Below, in pieces: positions 9,747-19,244 of a stretch of 64,000 nt of DNA (position 1 is the stretch's first letter; each line of letters begins with the position of its first letter). Source of the stretch: Deltaproteobacteria bacterium (GTDB lineage: Bacteria > Lernaellota > Lernaellaia > JACKCT01); the NCBI GenBank assembly GCA_020633895.1, contig JACKCT010000011.1, positions 3,607 to 67,606 on the forward strand, given 5' to 3'. The position numbers were made by a program, and so were the translations under genes. The notes below the pieces were generated by a model, which saw nothing but the letters and a program-made list of their open reading frames with translations, ran no database searches and was not told where the DNA came from.

Positions 9747-11396
9747 GTGATGATGTTTGGGTCCGAATTCTCCCGTTTTCGGGAAACGTTAAGTCTTTTT
9801 CTGGTTTTGCTTCTTTTTTCGTTCGTCTTGGGTTGCGGCGGAGAAGAGACGACCGAATCGGTCAGAACCGGCAACGACACGGGCGACACCTACCACGGTC
9901 AGGGAGACCCTGACGACTCCGAAACCGACGACGACGTCGCGGCGGATGACGATGTCGCCTCCGATGACGACGCGGCGGACGACGATGTCGCTCCCGAAGA
10001 CTTCCGGATCGAGGTGCTGCCCATCAGCGCCGGCAATCCCCTGAGCCGCTCGATCGTTGTCACCACGGCGGAGCCCATGTCCCTGTCCGCCCGGGCGACG
10101 ACCGCCGGAGAGCCGGGCTACGCGCCGTCGTTCCCCTCGGCGAGCGAATGGGGCACGCGCCACGAGTTCCTGCTGGCCGGGTTGATCGCCGAAAAAACCT
10201 TCGAGGTGGAGATCCTCGACGCCGACGACCCGTCGCGCGTCCTGGCCACCACCGAATTCGAAACGTCGGCCCTGCCCGAGCACGCCCCGATCATGACGGT
10301 CGAGACCTACGACAAAGGCGCCGCTCGCCCCGACCGTTGGGCGTTGCAGTCGCTGTTTGAATTGGGTGGTAAGCTGCCCGTGGGCGTGAACGGATTCATC
10401 ACCCTGTACGACCGCCTGGGCCGGCTGCGTTACTACCATGAGGTCAACGTCGACGACACGCAGCCCGGCATGGTCGTCTTCGGCGTCACGCCCATGAGCG
10501 ACGGCAGCTTCGTGTATTCCTGCGACAACAAGTTGTATCGGGTCGACCGCGCCGGCGGAAACAGCGTCTATATCGATCCCCAACTCGGCGACGAGATCCT
10601 CGAGGAAATCCACCACCAGTTCTACGTCGACGAGGCCTCCGGCCAAGCCGCGATCCTCTATAACGAACGCGGCCCCGCCTACGAATGCGACCAAACCACG
10701 CTGACGCAGGAAGCGGTCGGCGACGGCATCGCCCGTGTGAACATGAGCGGCGACGTGCTCTGGGATTGGAGCGCTTTTGACCACCAGGACGTGCTCTCTC
10801 CGGTCGTGCCCGACGTGGCGATGTGCGTTCTTCAGCGCAGCTCGTTCGGCGACGGCGTCGTGGACTGGACGCACGCCAACTCGGTCTACCCCACCGACGA
10901 CAACACGGCGCTGATCGTGTCCATCAAGAACCTCAGCGAGGTCGTGAAGATCAACGCCTTCACCGGCGAGATCATCTGGCAACTGGGCGCCGGCGGCGAC
11001 TTCACATGGCAGGGCAGCGAGCCGGTGCTGGAGCGCTGGTTCTGGCATCAGCACGACGCCAAAATCCTGCCCAACGGCAACGTGCTCCTGTTCGACAACG
11101 GTAACTGCCGCTCGGGCACATGCCCGTGGGGGCCGTGGTCGCGGGCGCTGGAACTGGCGATCGACGAAGAGAATATGACGGTGCGTGTCGTCTACGAGCA
11201 TCGGGTGAAGATGGCCCTGGCGATGGGCAACGCGGACCGGCTGGAGGACGGCAACACCTGGATCGGCTCGGGCGCGTCCAAGCTGTCGGTCGAAGCCACG
11301 CCCGCCGGTGACGAGGTCTGGTCCGCGGCGATCGACGCGGGTTATCAGTCCCGCTCGCTGGCCTACCCGGCGCTGTGGGTCTATCCCGAGGAATAA
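9747..11396 (+). CDS. Arylsulfotransferase (ASST)-like beta-propeller lipoprotein with N-terminal poly-Asp tether
   Basis: Signal peptide and lipobox FVLGCGG, then a D-rich tract (DDDVAADDDVASDDDAADDDVAPED). DWTHANSV and WHQHDAKILPNGNVLLFDNGN resemble ASST family signatures. Confidence 0.5.
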   Translation: MMMFGSEFSRFRETLSLFLVLLLFSFVLGCGGEETTESVRTGNDTGDTYHGQGDPDDSETDDDVAADDDVASDDDAADDDVAPEDFRIEVLPISAGNPLSRSIVVTTAEPMSLSARATTAGEPGYAPSFPSASEWGTRHEFLLAGLIAEKTFEVEILDADDPSRVLATTEFETSALPEHAPIMTVETYDKGAARPDRWALQSLFELGGKLPVGVNGFITLYDRLGRLRYYHEVNVDDTQPGMVVFGVTPMSDGSFVYSCDNKLYRVDRAGGNSVYIDPQLGDEILEEIHHQFYVDEASGQAAILYNERGPAYECDQTTLTQEAVGDGIARVNMSGDVLWDWSAFDHQDVLSPVVPDVAMCVLQRSSFGDGVVDWTHANSVYPTDDNTALIVSIKNLSEVVKINAFTGEIIWQLGAGGDFTWQGSEPVLERWFWHQHDAKILPNGNVLLFDNGNCRSGTCPWGPWSRALELAIDEENMTVRVVYEHRVKMALAMGNADRLEDGNTWIGSGASKLSVEATPAGDEVWSAAIDAGYQSRSLAYPALWVYPEE

Positions 11397-11469
11397 TTCG
11401 ACGGCCGTCAGCCGACCATCGAGCAAACGTTCTCCTCTCCTCACGAGCAGAACTTGCCCTCTAACACCG

Positions 11470-11505
11470 AAGGGGCGCCGCAAGGCGCCCCTTCTTCTTT
11501 GGTTT
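11470..11505 (+). terminator. Rho-independent terminator
   Basis: AAGGGGCGCC-GCAA-GGCGCCCCTT hairpin followed by CTTCTTTGGTTTG. Confidence 0.6.
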
Positions 11506-11525
11506 GCGCACCAAAACCGAGGCAG

Positions 11526-13022
11526 CTAACAGCCGCACCCCGCGTCGGTGTCATCGTCATTGAGGTCGGCATCGTTGTCGCTATCTGTGTCGTCGTCGTC
11601 ATCGTCCGGCACTTCGGGTAATTCACCGATGCGCCAGTTGACGAGGTATTGCTCGCCGCCGATCAACGCCGTTGCCAGCAGCGACGATTCGTTTTCAAAA
11701 ACGTAAGAGTCGATTCCCAGCTTTTTTATGCCGTCGGCGAGCGGTAGTTCTTCGCAACTCGCCGCGTCATGGTCGAAAATCGAATGGCAGAGACGAAGAA
11801 ATATTCTGGTTCCGACTCCGGAATATTCCCCCGAATAGAAGAACGACGTACCGGAAATGAACGGCGGGCCGACTCGATAGTATTCGTCAACGGCATCGGC
11901 TCGGAAGGCGTCGCTCCATATCGAATCGTCGTCGATTCCCGCTGCACCCGCGCCGGCGACCCGCGTCAGCGCTTTATCATTGGTGGCGATATTCGTTGAC
12001 GTCCACGCCAGCATCTCTTTGCGCTCGCCATCCAGCTCTTGAAAAGTCGCGGTGACGTAACGCGTATTGTAATGGACCGGCGAATCGCGGATTTCACCGT
12101 CGGGCGTGACGATGACATCGTTCAATCGTCCCTCCCATCCCGTGCTCGACATGTCGACGGTGTAGCCGACGTAAATTTCTTGTCGAGAGTTGTGCGTCAG
12201 ATATCGCGGAACAACAAAGTTGATGTCTTCCGCTTCGCCGATCTCCAACGGGACTTCGATGGTCTTCAAGACTTCGCCGCTGAAGCTCATTTGAACGACT
12301 CGGCCGTCCGAATATTCCGGCAGGCCATTCTGGCTATACGCGATGAGCAACGACGGCTCACCGCCGTCCATTCCGCTGAGGATGTCATAAGCGGCGCCGC
12401 GAATATCCTCCCCGAATTCGATCGTCGATTCATCGAGCAACGATCCGTAAAAGTCGAAGGTCGCCAGACGCAGGGACTCGTCGGACGGCCGGTCCACCAA
12501 GACGAGAAGGTCGCTGTCGATTCCGCCGCGCACGGCGAAGGCCACGGGATCGTCGAACTCCAAATCGTAGCGTTCGGCGGCGACCTCATTACCGCCCAGA
12601 TCGTAGCGGATCATGACGAAGCGCCACTTGTCGTCGTCGCTCCACGAGCGGCCCCAGACGAACAGCGCCGGGTCGGAAGGATGCGTCGCGTAGCCGCCGA
12701 GGGAGCCTTGGAGCACGCCGATCTGTTCGTCTTCGTCGAGGCCGGGGGCTTGGTAGAGGTTCAGCTTTTCACGCTCGCCGGTGAGGGTGTCGAAAACGGC
12801 CAAACCAATCTTCGGCGGACGATCGCCGCCCGCCCGTGGCGTGATCCCCGCGTACAATCGCGGCTCGTCGGGATGGACCGCGAAGGGGACATAAGCGATG
12901 TTCGGTGCGTCGTCGCTCGTGATCTGCCGGCTATAGAATAGGGTGACGTCATCGTCCGCTTCCGCGACGCCGAGCCGTCCAAGGCCCAACACCAAAACCA
13001 ACGCGAATTTTCGCGTCCACAT
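11526..13022 (-). CDS. SPI-secreted hypothetical protein with C-terminal poly-Asp tail ending AGCGC
   Basis: N-terminal signal MWTRKFALVLVLGLGRLGVAEA. C-terminus VPDDDDDDTDSDNDADLNDDDTDAGCGC-stop. No recognisable catalytic motif. Confidence 0.55.
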   Translation of the reverse strand: MWTRKFALVLVLGLGRLGVAEADDDVTLFYSRQITSDDAPNIAYVPFAVHPDEPRLYAGITPRAGGDRPPKIGLAVFDTLTGEREKLNLYQAPGLDEDEQIGVLQGSLGGYATHPSDPALFVWGRSWSDDDKWRFVMIRYDLGGNEVAAERYDLEFDDPVAFAVRGGIDSDLLVLVDRPSDESLRLATFDFYGSLLDESTIEFGEDIRGAAYDILSGMDGGEPSLLIAYSQNGLPEYSDGRVVQMSFSGEVLKTIEVPLEIGEAEDINFVVPRYLTHNSRQEIYVGYTVDMSSTGWEGRLNDVIVTPDGEIRDSPVHYNTRYVTATFQELDGERKEMLAWTSTNIATNDKALTRVAGAGAAGIDDDSIWSDAFRADAVDEYYRVGPPFISGTSFFYSGEYSGVGTRIFLRLCHSIFDHDAASCEELPLADGIKKLGIDSYVFENESSLLATALIGGEQYLVNWRIGELPEVPDDDDDDTDSDNDADLNDDDTDAGCGC

Positions 13023-13162
13023 TTTCTTCCCTCCGAATGCCCGCTAATTCCTGCAAAAAAATTCACGTCGTCATCTTACGACAAACTGCGCCCAACACTC
13101 GAAGAAAAACGCGGAAGCCGAGAGGCTTCCGCGCGTGGTTGGTGGAGATATATCGGGAGGGG

Positions 13163-15322
13163 TTAGGAGCCGCAACCCGAGTTGTCGTCGTCGTCATCGT
13201 CGCCCGTATCGTCGTCGGCCGAATCGTCGTCGCCGAAGTCGTCATCCGAATCATCGTCCCCGGTGTCATCGTCCCCGGTATCGTCGTCGCCCGTGTCATC
13301 GTCGTCGTCATCGCCGACGGGGCCGTCCGTCAATCCGGTCAACACCAGCGAAAACGCCTGGGGGCCGTCGGGCACGTCCGAGCCGGTCACGACCACCGTC
13401 ACCGTCTCGCCGATGCGGGGTTCGCCGTCGAACTGCACCTGCTCCACCGGATCCCGATGGTTCTCGCCCTTGGTCGCGTCGTCCGCGGGGTGGGCCGGAT
13501 CCAGAATCCAAGGCAACTCGTCGCCGTCTTTCGTGACGATCTTCAAATCCAGGTCATTAACCAACGATTTACTGGTCAGTACCGGGCCGGGCTTGTCCGT
13601 CCAGACCAACGTCGCCTTCACTTCACCGCCGTCGACCGTGAATTCCTGTTCCCAGACGTCGCCCTGGTCCAACGCCTCGTCCAGAACCAGAATTCCGTCG
13701 TCCATCGCCAGCACGGACCCGGGAATGTTGAGCACGCCGTAGCCCATGCGATAGCTCGGCCCGTCCTGCTCTTCCACCTTCTTCGCGCCGTGCACCACCA
13801 ACGCCTTGAACGTCGAGTGGGCCGCCAACGGCTCGCCTTTCGTGTCCTTCCAGCGCTGCATCAGCAGGGAAACGCCGCCGGTGACGACCGGTCCGGCCAT
13901 GCTCGTGCCGCAAAAGGAGATGTATTCGTTCTTGCGACCCGTGGCGACAATGCCCGGCGGGCAGGCCTCGTCGTGATTTTCGCCGCAGACCGCCGGCGTC
14001 GCGCGCCCGGTCGAGCACCCCGGCGCCGACACATCCGGACGCAGTCGCCCGTCGTCGGTGGGCCCCCAACTGGAGAAGAACGAGACCGAGTCGTCCTCCT
14101 TGTTCGACGAGCCCACGCCGATGGAGTTCTTCGCCGTGGCCGGCGGCGCGATGGTCTCGTAGGTGCCGCATCCGGGGGAATAGCCCCGTTCGTTGCCGAT
14201 GGACCACACGATGGAGATCGGGCCGTAGGCGCCGCCGACGATGGTGTCGATTTGCTGGGCGGTCAGATTGTAGTCGCCCTCAAACTCGCAGTAGCCGTTC
14301 TGGTCGTTGGCCAATTCGGCCAGGTTGGATCCGATGGAATTGTTGGCCACGTTCGCGCCGTACTCGTTGATGGCCGTGTCGTAGGCGGTGTCCATGTTGC
14401 CGTAGTTGTAATACATGGGCGGCAGCAAGCCGTCGAAGCCGGGAATGAAGCTGGCGGAGATGACGCCCACTTCCGGCGCCATGCCTTCGATGAACCCGTC
14501 CGAATTGGTCCCGTCACCGGCGATGATGCCGACCACGTGGTGGGGGTGGCCGACCACGTCGGGAACCGGCAATCCGAAGCGCTCGACGCGCCCGGCCCAG
14601 TCGTCGTTGCCGTCGAGCTTGACGACGCCGCCGTCCAGCACAAACGCCTTGACGCCCTTGCCGGTCAGGCCCCAGGTCTCCTTGGCCACGTCCGCGCCGG
14701 TGGCGGGCTTGGCCTGATACATATTCTCTTCGAGCTGCATCGACGTCTCGTCGACCCACATCACCGCGTCGTTCGCCGCGATGGCTCCGAAGTCCCGCTC
14801 CCCGGCGGCAACCTGGAACAGGCGGATCGACGGGGCCTCGTCCAGAATCGCAAGGCCCATCCCCTCGAGCATCGCCCGACCCTGGGCCATGGTCACGTCG
14901 GGATGCATCTGAACGTCGAGGACGCGGCGGCCGTCGGCCAACTTGCTATGGGCATGCAGCATGCCGTCGCGCAGGCCGCGCGAGATCTTGTCTTCGGCCG
15001 GCAGTTCGCCCGCCCAACGCACCCGCCGCGCGGCGGCGTCGGTCACATGGTCCAGGCGAGCGACCCAGGCCCCGTTGCCCAGCGGCGTCAGCAAATGCAA
15101 TCCCTCACGCGCCAGTTCGCGACGCTCGGCGGCCGTCGGTTTATGGTCCATCCGGACCAGGGCGTGCGTGCCGTCCATGGACGCCGGACTCGACCCGACC
15201 GATTTTTCCAAGGTCGGATCGATGGTTCGGTTTTTCAAATGAATGGCATCGTCGGCCAGGCCCGGACGGGCGGTCCAACTCAAGGCAACGGCCGCCATCG
15301 CGACCAGCGACAAAAAACGCAT
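13163..15322 (-). CDS. Subtilisin-like serine peptidase (S8) with C-terminal poly-Asp tail ending GCGS
   Basis: Signal peptide MRFLSLVAMAAVALSWTARPGLA. Catalytic Ser motif GTSMAGPVVTGG, His region HPHHVVGIIAG, Asp region FVLDGG. C-terminus GDDDDDDTGDDDTGDDDTGDDDSDDDFGDDDSADDDTGDDDDDDNSGCGS-stop. Confidence 0.8.
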   Translation of the reverse strand: MRFLSLVAMAAVALSWTARPGLADDAIHLKNRTIDPTLEKSVGSSPASMDGTHALVRMDHKPTAAERRELAREGLHLLTPLGNGAWVARLDHVTDAAARRVRWAGELPAEDKISRGLRDGMLHAHSKLADGRRVLDVQMHPDVTMAQGRAMLEGMGLAILDEAPSIRLFQVAAGERDFGAIAANDAVMWVDETSMQLEENMYQAKPATGADVAKETWGLTGKGVKAFVLDGGVVKLDGNDDWAGRVERFGLPVPDVVGHPHHVVGIIAGDGTNSDGFIEGMAPEVGVISASFIPGFDGLLPPMYYNYGNMDTAYDTAINEYGANVANNSIGSNLAELANDQNGYCEFEGDYNLTAQQIDTIVGGAYGPISIVWSIGNERGYSPGCGTYETIAPPATAKNSIGVGSSNKEDDSVSFFSSWGPTDDGRLRPDVSAPGCSTGRATPAVCGENHDEACPPGIVATGRKNEYISFCGTSMAGPVVTGGVSLLMQRWKDTKGEPLAAHSTFKALVVHGAKKVEEQDGPSYRMGYGVLNIPGSVLAMDDGILVLDEALDQGDVWEQEFTVDGGEVKATLVWTDKPGPVLTSKSLVNDLDLKIVTKDGDELPWILDPAHPADDATKGENHRDPVEQVQFDGEPRIGETVTVVVTGSDVPDGPQAFSLVLTGLTDGPVGDDDDDDTGDDDTGDDDTGDDDSDDDFGDDDSADDDTGDDDDDDNSGCGS

Positions 15323-15506
15323 TGTTCCTCCGGGGAGCGCTCGTCATCACGGCGAGGCAAAGGGCCGCGTCGCGGCCCCTCAAGCAAACGTTCAATTCGG
15401 CGCCTCTTTTATAGCACGTCGCGTGGTGAGGATGTAAGTCGCGTTCCCGGAATGCCGATACCGCCGGGGGACGCACCCGGGTTGTTCGCCGCGGACGCGA
15501 TGGCCT

Positions 15507-15737
15507 ATGATCGTGCGGTTCGATATCGAGGTGCGCGTGGCGTATATCAGATGCCCGGAATGCGGCGAGCAGGTTTCCAGCAAGGCCTACAACTGCCCCC
15601 ACTGCGGGTGCCCCATGCCCCTGTTCGGCGGCGGCAAGGCCAAGGCGAAAAAGCACGCCGTCCTGGCCGGAGTGGGGTGCCTGGGTTTGATCGCGGTCAT
15701 CGCAGCCGCCTACCTGCTTGTCACGCGCGTGCTCTAG
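15507..15737 (+). CDS. Small zinc-ribbon plus single-TM protein
   Basis: CPECGE...CPHCGC (four-Cys zinc ribbon), then a K-rich linker and a C-terminal TM helix. Confidence 0.4.
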   Translation: MIVRFDIEVRVAYIRCPECGEQVSSKAYNCPHCGCPMPLFGGGKAKAKKHAVLAGVGCLGLIAVIAAAYLLVTRVL

Positions 15738-15770
15738 CGACGCCTGATCCATCCAAACTCTCGTCGCCAC

Positions 15771-15815
15771 AAAAAAACGCCGGGGCCATGCGACCCCGGC
15801 GTCTTTCGTTCGTGC
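15771..15815. terminator. Bidirectional rho-independent terminator
   Basis: AAAAAAA, then ACGCCGGGG-CCATGCGA-CCCCGGCGT hairpin, then CTTTCGTTCGTGCGTTTTT. Lies between convergent genes. Confidence 0.65.
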
Positions 15816-15830
15816 GTTTTTCGGGCGCGC

Positions 15831-17048
15831 TTAGAACACCACCTCGGTGTTGAGCGTGATGAACTGGTCGGCCTGCTTGGTGACGTCGTCGCCGTTGTCG
15901 TCGACGATCTCCGCGGTGTAGGAGGTAGCGCGGTAGTTCAGGTTGAACTTAATTTCCTTCAGCGGGTAGTACCAAATGCCCGCCAGGATCGTACTCTCCT
16001 CATCTTGGTAGCCCACGCCCGTGCCCTCGTCGTTCTCCGTATTGGGATCGAAGTCATCGTAATAGACGAGCAGACCCCACTGTTTGCAGAACTGGAACTC
16101 AAGCCAAGCCGCCAGCACGGTCGAATCGACCGGATCCACGCCGTCGAGTTCCTCTTCCACGGTGCGCATGCCGTACTCGCCGTAGAGCGCCAAGCTCATC
16201 GAATCGGAGAACGGATAGGCATAGTTGAGAATACCGCCGTAGTAGGTATCGACCACATCCGGGTGGTTAGTCTCGACTTTCCCGTACCCGGCCATGCCCA
16301 TGATATTCAGTTCCCCGGCGTCCTTCACTCCAGCCAGCGCGTTCACGTACGCAGCGGCCTGGGCATGCTTTCCCGAGTTGGCCTCCTGGCGGCCGACACC
16401 TTCGCCGTTGAACACACCGGCTTTCCAACCACCGAAGCCCTTGGGGAAGGAACCGTGAACCGCCACACCCGTGTCCGACGGGCCGGTGCGCACCATACCG
16501 TGCTCGAACATCGCCTCGTTCCTGATGTAGCGGTGCTTCCACAGCTTATAGACTGTGGCGTGGGACGACGGCTGAAGACCGAAGGTGCCGCCGATTTCCG
16601 GAATCGGCTGGTAGGTCAGATACGCGAATTTCACGAACACCTCGGGGCGGTCGGTGCGAGACGAGGTCGCTCCGCTGATCACTTCGGTGCCCTCGTCATT
16701 CGCGTCCACAGTGCCGTCACCATTGGTATCCGTCGTGGCCGGCAAGGTCGTAGTCGTGTAGGACACCGTCTCGCCGGGCCGAGAGTCGAAGGTGACACGC
16801 GCCGACCAGTCGTCCGAGAGTTTGGCTTTCAGACCCAGATAGGTACGCGTGACGTTAAAGCTGTTGGTGTCATTGTCGTCGAATCGGGGATCGTAATCCT
16901 CGTACCCCGAAATATTGTACGTGTAATCCAGGAACAGGCGCATCTCCGGCGTGACCTTCGGACCGTCGCCGTCCGCACGGGCCGCCGAGACTCCCACCGT
17001 CGCCGTCAGCACCAACGCCGCCAGCGCCAAGAACCCTACGCGTTTCAT
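15831..17048 (-). CDS. Outer-membrane beta-barrel protein (porin-like)
   Basis: Start set at MKRVGFLALAALVLTATVGVSAARA (SPI signal). Alternating amphipathic beta-strand pattern. C-terminal residue is Phe (ends ...VVF), typical of OMPs. Confidence 0.55.
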   Translation of the reverse strand: MKRVGFLALAALVLTATVGVSAARADGDGPKVTPEMRLFLDYTYNISGYEDYDPRFDDNDTNSFNVTRTYLGLKAKLSDDWSARVTFDSRPGETVSYTTTTLPATTDTNGDGTVDANDEGTEVISGATSSRTDRPEVFVKFAYLTYQPIPEIGGTFGLQPSSHATVYKLWKHRYIRNEAMFEHGMVRTGPSDTGVAVHGSFPKGFGGWKAGVFNGEGVGRQEANSGKHAQAAAYVNALAGVKDAGELNIMGMAGYGKVETNHPDVVDTYYGGILNYAYPFSDSMSLALYGEYGMRTVEEELDGVDPVDSTVLAAWLEFQFCKQWGLLVYYDDFDPNTENDEGTGVGYQDEESTILAGIWYYPLKEIKFNLNYRATSYTAEIVDDNGDDVTKQADQFITLNTEVVF

Positions 17049-17310
17049 CTCTCCTCCTTGTGGTGATGCGAGCCGCCGCGCACATTCACCGCGACCGCCG
17101 TGCATCATCAATTGCGATTCATCCACGGACACAACACACAGTCCATTTCCAAGAATGAGCGAAAATCTAGCATAAACGCTGCAAAAGGCAAGAGGTATTT
17201 TCGTCCCGGGATCGGAAGGATCAAAAAACCCGACGGCGAACGAACGCTACGTTCCCGTCCAGTCCGAACGCCGCATCGGACATATCAATATCCGCTGAAT
17301 AATCATAAGG

Positions 17311-18573
17311 ATGCGCGTTCGCCTTGACAGTCGGTTCGGTCGGCGTATTGTGTCGTCCCAAGCCAAAGGGGGCGCCGGCTTGGACCTGAAACAGTACGAA
17401 TCCCGCACCAGTCGACCGATTCAAGCCAAAGTTCCCGATTTTCAGCGCCACGAGCGCCTCAAACACGTCCTGTTCTCTCAGCAATTCAACACCGGACTGC
17501 TCAACCACCTGGCCCGCGTGGCGACCAACATCCGCGCCCTGGCCAAGAGCCGCGACGGCCACATCTGGCTGTCCCAACTGCTGCCGCACAAGCGGGCGAT
17601 GCTCTACTTCACGCAGGCCTCCACGCGCACCTTCCTGTCGTTTACCGCCGCCTGCCAGATCCTGGGCATCACCTGCAACGAGATCCGCGACCCCAAGGTC
17701 AGCAGCGAATACAAGGGCGAAAACCCGCTGGATTCGGTTCGCATGTTCTCCAGCTACTTCGACTTGATCATCATGCGCAGCGTCATCGCCAACTTCGCCG
17801 AATGCTGCGCCTATCTGATGAACGACCTGGAACGATCCGACCAACGCAGCGTCCCGATCATCTCCGGCGGCGCGGGCACCGATCAGCACCCCACGCAGGC
17901 GCTGCTGGATATGTACACGATCCTGCGAACCTTCGAGTTCACCTCGCCCCAGGACTCCAGCCTGCGCACCCGCTTCGCCGAGTTGCAGTCCCGCTACCCG
18001 TCGCTGACCAAGGGCCCCGCGGACAAGACCTACTGCTTCTGCGGCGACATCGGCCGAGGCCGGACGGTGCGTTCGCTGTCGGTGCTGCTGTCGCTGTACG
18101 AGAACGTCACGATGATTTTCGTCGCGCCGGATCACGACAAGCTGCGCCTGTCCGGCGACCTGAAGCAGTTCCTGATTTCCCGCAAGGTGAAGGTGATCGA
18201 AACCGAGGATCTGCGCGAGGTGATCGGCGAGGCGGACTGCCTGTACATGACGCGCATCCAGCACGAGCACGATAAGCCCGAGGACAAGACGTTCTTCGAC
18301 GAGCTGGACATGTCGCGCTATACCCTGACGCCCGAGATGGTCGGACGCATGCGCGACTACACCCCGATCATGCATCCCTTTCCGCGCAACGAGGAGATCC
18401 CCTTCGAGATCGACAAGGATCCCCGCGCCATGTACTTCCGCCAGGCCCGCAACGGCATGTGGATCCGCGCCGCCCTGATCGCCTACCTGTTCGACATGGA
18501 CGGACGCATCATGAGCAAGCACGCCGAGATGTTTTCCGATTATCAGTCGTACAACGAAGGCGTCCTGGCGTAG
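17311..18573 (+). CDS. pyrB: Aspartate carbamoyltransferase catalytic-chain-like protein (PyrB family), atypical
   Basis: STRTFLSF (where STRTRxSF is expected), HPTQALLD, CFCGDIGRGRTVRSL, YMTRIQHE and HPFPRNEEI match ATCase blocks in order. The N-terminal ~25 aa are probably not translated; a TTG at 17380 after AAAGGGGG is an alternative start. Confidence 0.55.
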   Translation: MRVRLDSRFGRRIVSSQAKGGAGLDLKQYESRTSRPIQAKVPDFQRHERLKHVLFSQQFNTGLLNHLARVATNIRALAKSRDGHIWLSQLLPHKRAMLYFTQASTRTFLSFTAACQILGITCNEIRDPKVSSEYKGENPLDSVRMFSSYFDLIIMRSVIANFAECCAYLMNDLERSDQRSVPIISGGAGTDQHPTQALLDMYTILRTFEFTSPQDSSLRTRFAELQSRYPSLTKGPADKTYCFCGDIGRGRTVRSLSVLLSLYENVTMIFVAPDHDKLRLSGDLKQFLISRKVKVIETEDLREVIGEADCLYMTRIQHEHDKPEDKTFFDELDMSRYTLTPEMVGRMRDYTPIMHPFPRNEEIPFEIDKDPRAMYFRQARNGMWIRAALIAYLFDMDGRIMSKHAEMFSDYQSYNEGVLA

Positions 18574-18670
18574 TCATCCTCGGGATGCGCGATTCCGGGT
18601 GCCGCATTTTCGCGAGGACGCAAGTCCGAGAGAAGATGTGAATCTTTACCGGAACCAATTCACACCCTTG

Positions 18671-18702
18671 CCCGACTTCGTCGGTCGAAGAGTGTGGCAC
18701 CC
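18671..18702 (+). repeat. 32-nt interspersed element: small hairpin plus AGTGTGGCACCC (copy 1 of 5)
   Basis: CCCGACTTCGTCGGTCGAAGAGTGTGGCACCC. Other copies at 30791-30822 (+), 49248-49279 (-), 58831-58852 (-) and 58910-58941 (+). Confidence 0.7.
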
Positions 18703-18713
18703 TCGACGACACA

Positions 18714-19244
18714 TCAATCTCCGTCGTCCCCCGGCATGAACCCCAACACCACCGCCGGCAATCCATGCGCGAAAAACGACGCGATCCACCACGCGATCCA
18801 CGACCGGCCCGTGCGGTGGGCATAGAGCGCCGTCAGGCCCATGGTGACAAGCGTCAGCGCCCCGTCCGCGACCAGGTTCGCGCCCAACGGCGAGAGCACG
18901 TACCCCACCGGCAGGGCGTAGTACGTCACCAGACCAAGATGCGCGACACCGACCGCCAAACACACCCGACGCAGTCCCCCGGCCCTTTCGGCCGGCCGCG
19001 CGCGGCTGCTCCATGCCGTCCCGACCCACACCGCGGTCAACGCCGCCGACGCGGCCATCAAAAAACGGGCGGCCTCTTCCATTTCGCCGGGCAGGTGCCG
19101 GGAATAGATCAACACCTCGATCGCCCGCGCCGCCCACAACGGGGCCCACGCCGCCGCCAGATAGGGCCATCGACGGTGCGGCCCCACCAGCAGCGCCACC
19201 GTCGCCAGCGCGGCGAAATAAGCGGCCAAAACGTATTGAAACAT
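18714..19244 (-). CDS. Hypothetical integral membrane protein
   Basis: 5-6 hydrophobic helices and no recognisable motif. Confidence 0.4.
   Translation of the reverse strand: MFQYVLAAYFAALATVALLVGPHRRWPYLAAAWAPLWAARAIEVLIYSRHLPGEMEEAARFLMAASAALTAVWVGTAWSSRARPAERAGGLRRVCLAVGVAHLGLVTYYALPVGYVLSPLGANLVADGALTLVTMGLTALYAHRTGRSWIAWWIASFFAHGLPAVVLGFMPGDDGD

Noticed and set aside
18691-18702. TGGCAC inside the conserved AGTGTGGCACCC 12-mer resembles the -24 box of sigma-54 promoters
   Set aside because: None of the five copies has the TTGC(A/T) -12 element at the required 4-5 bp spacing. Several copies lie at 3' ends of convergent genes, where a promoter makes no sense.
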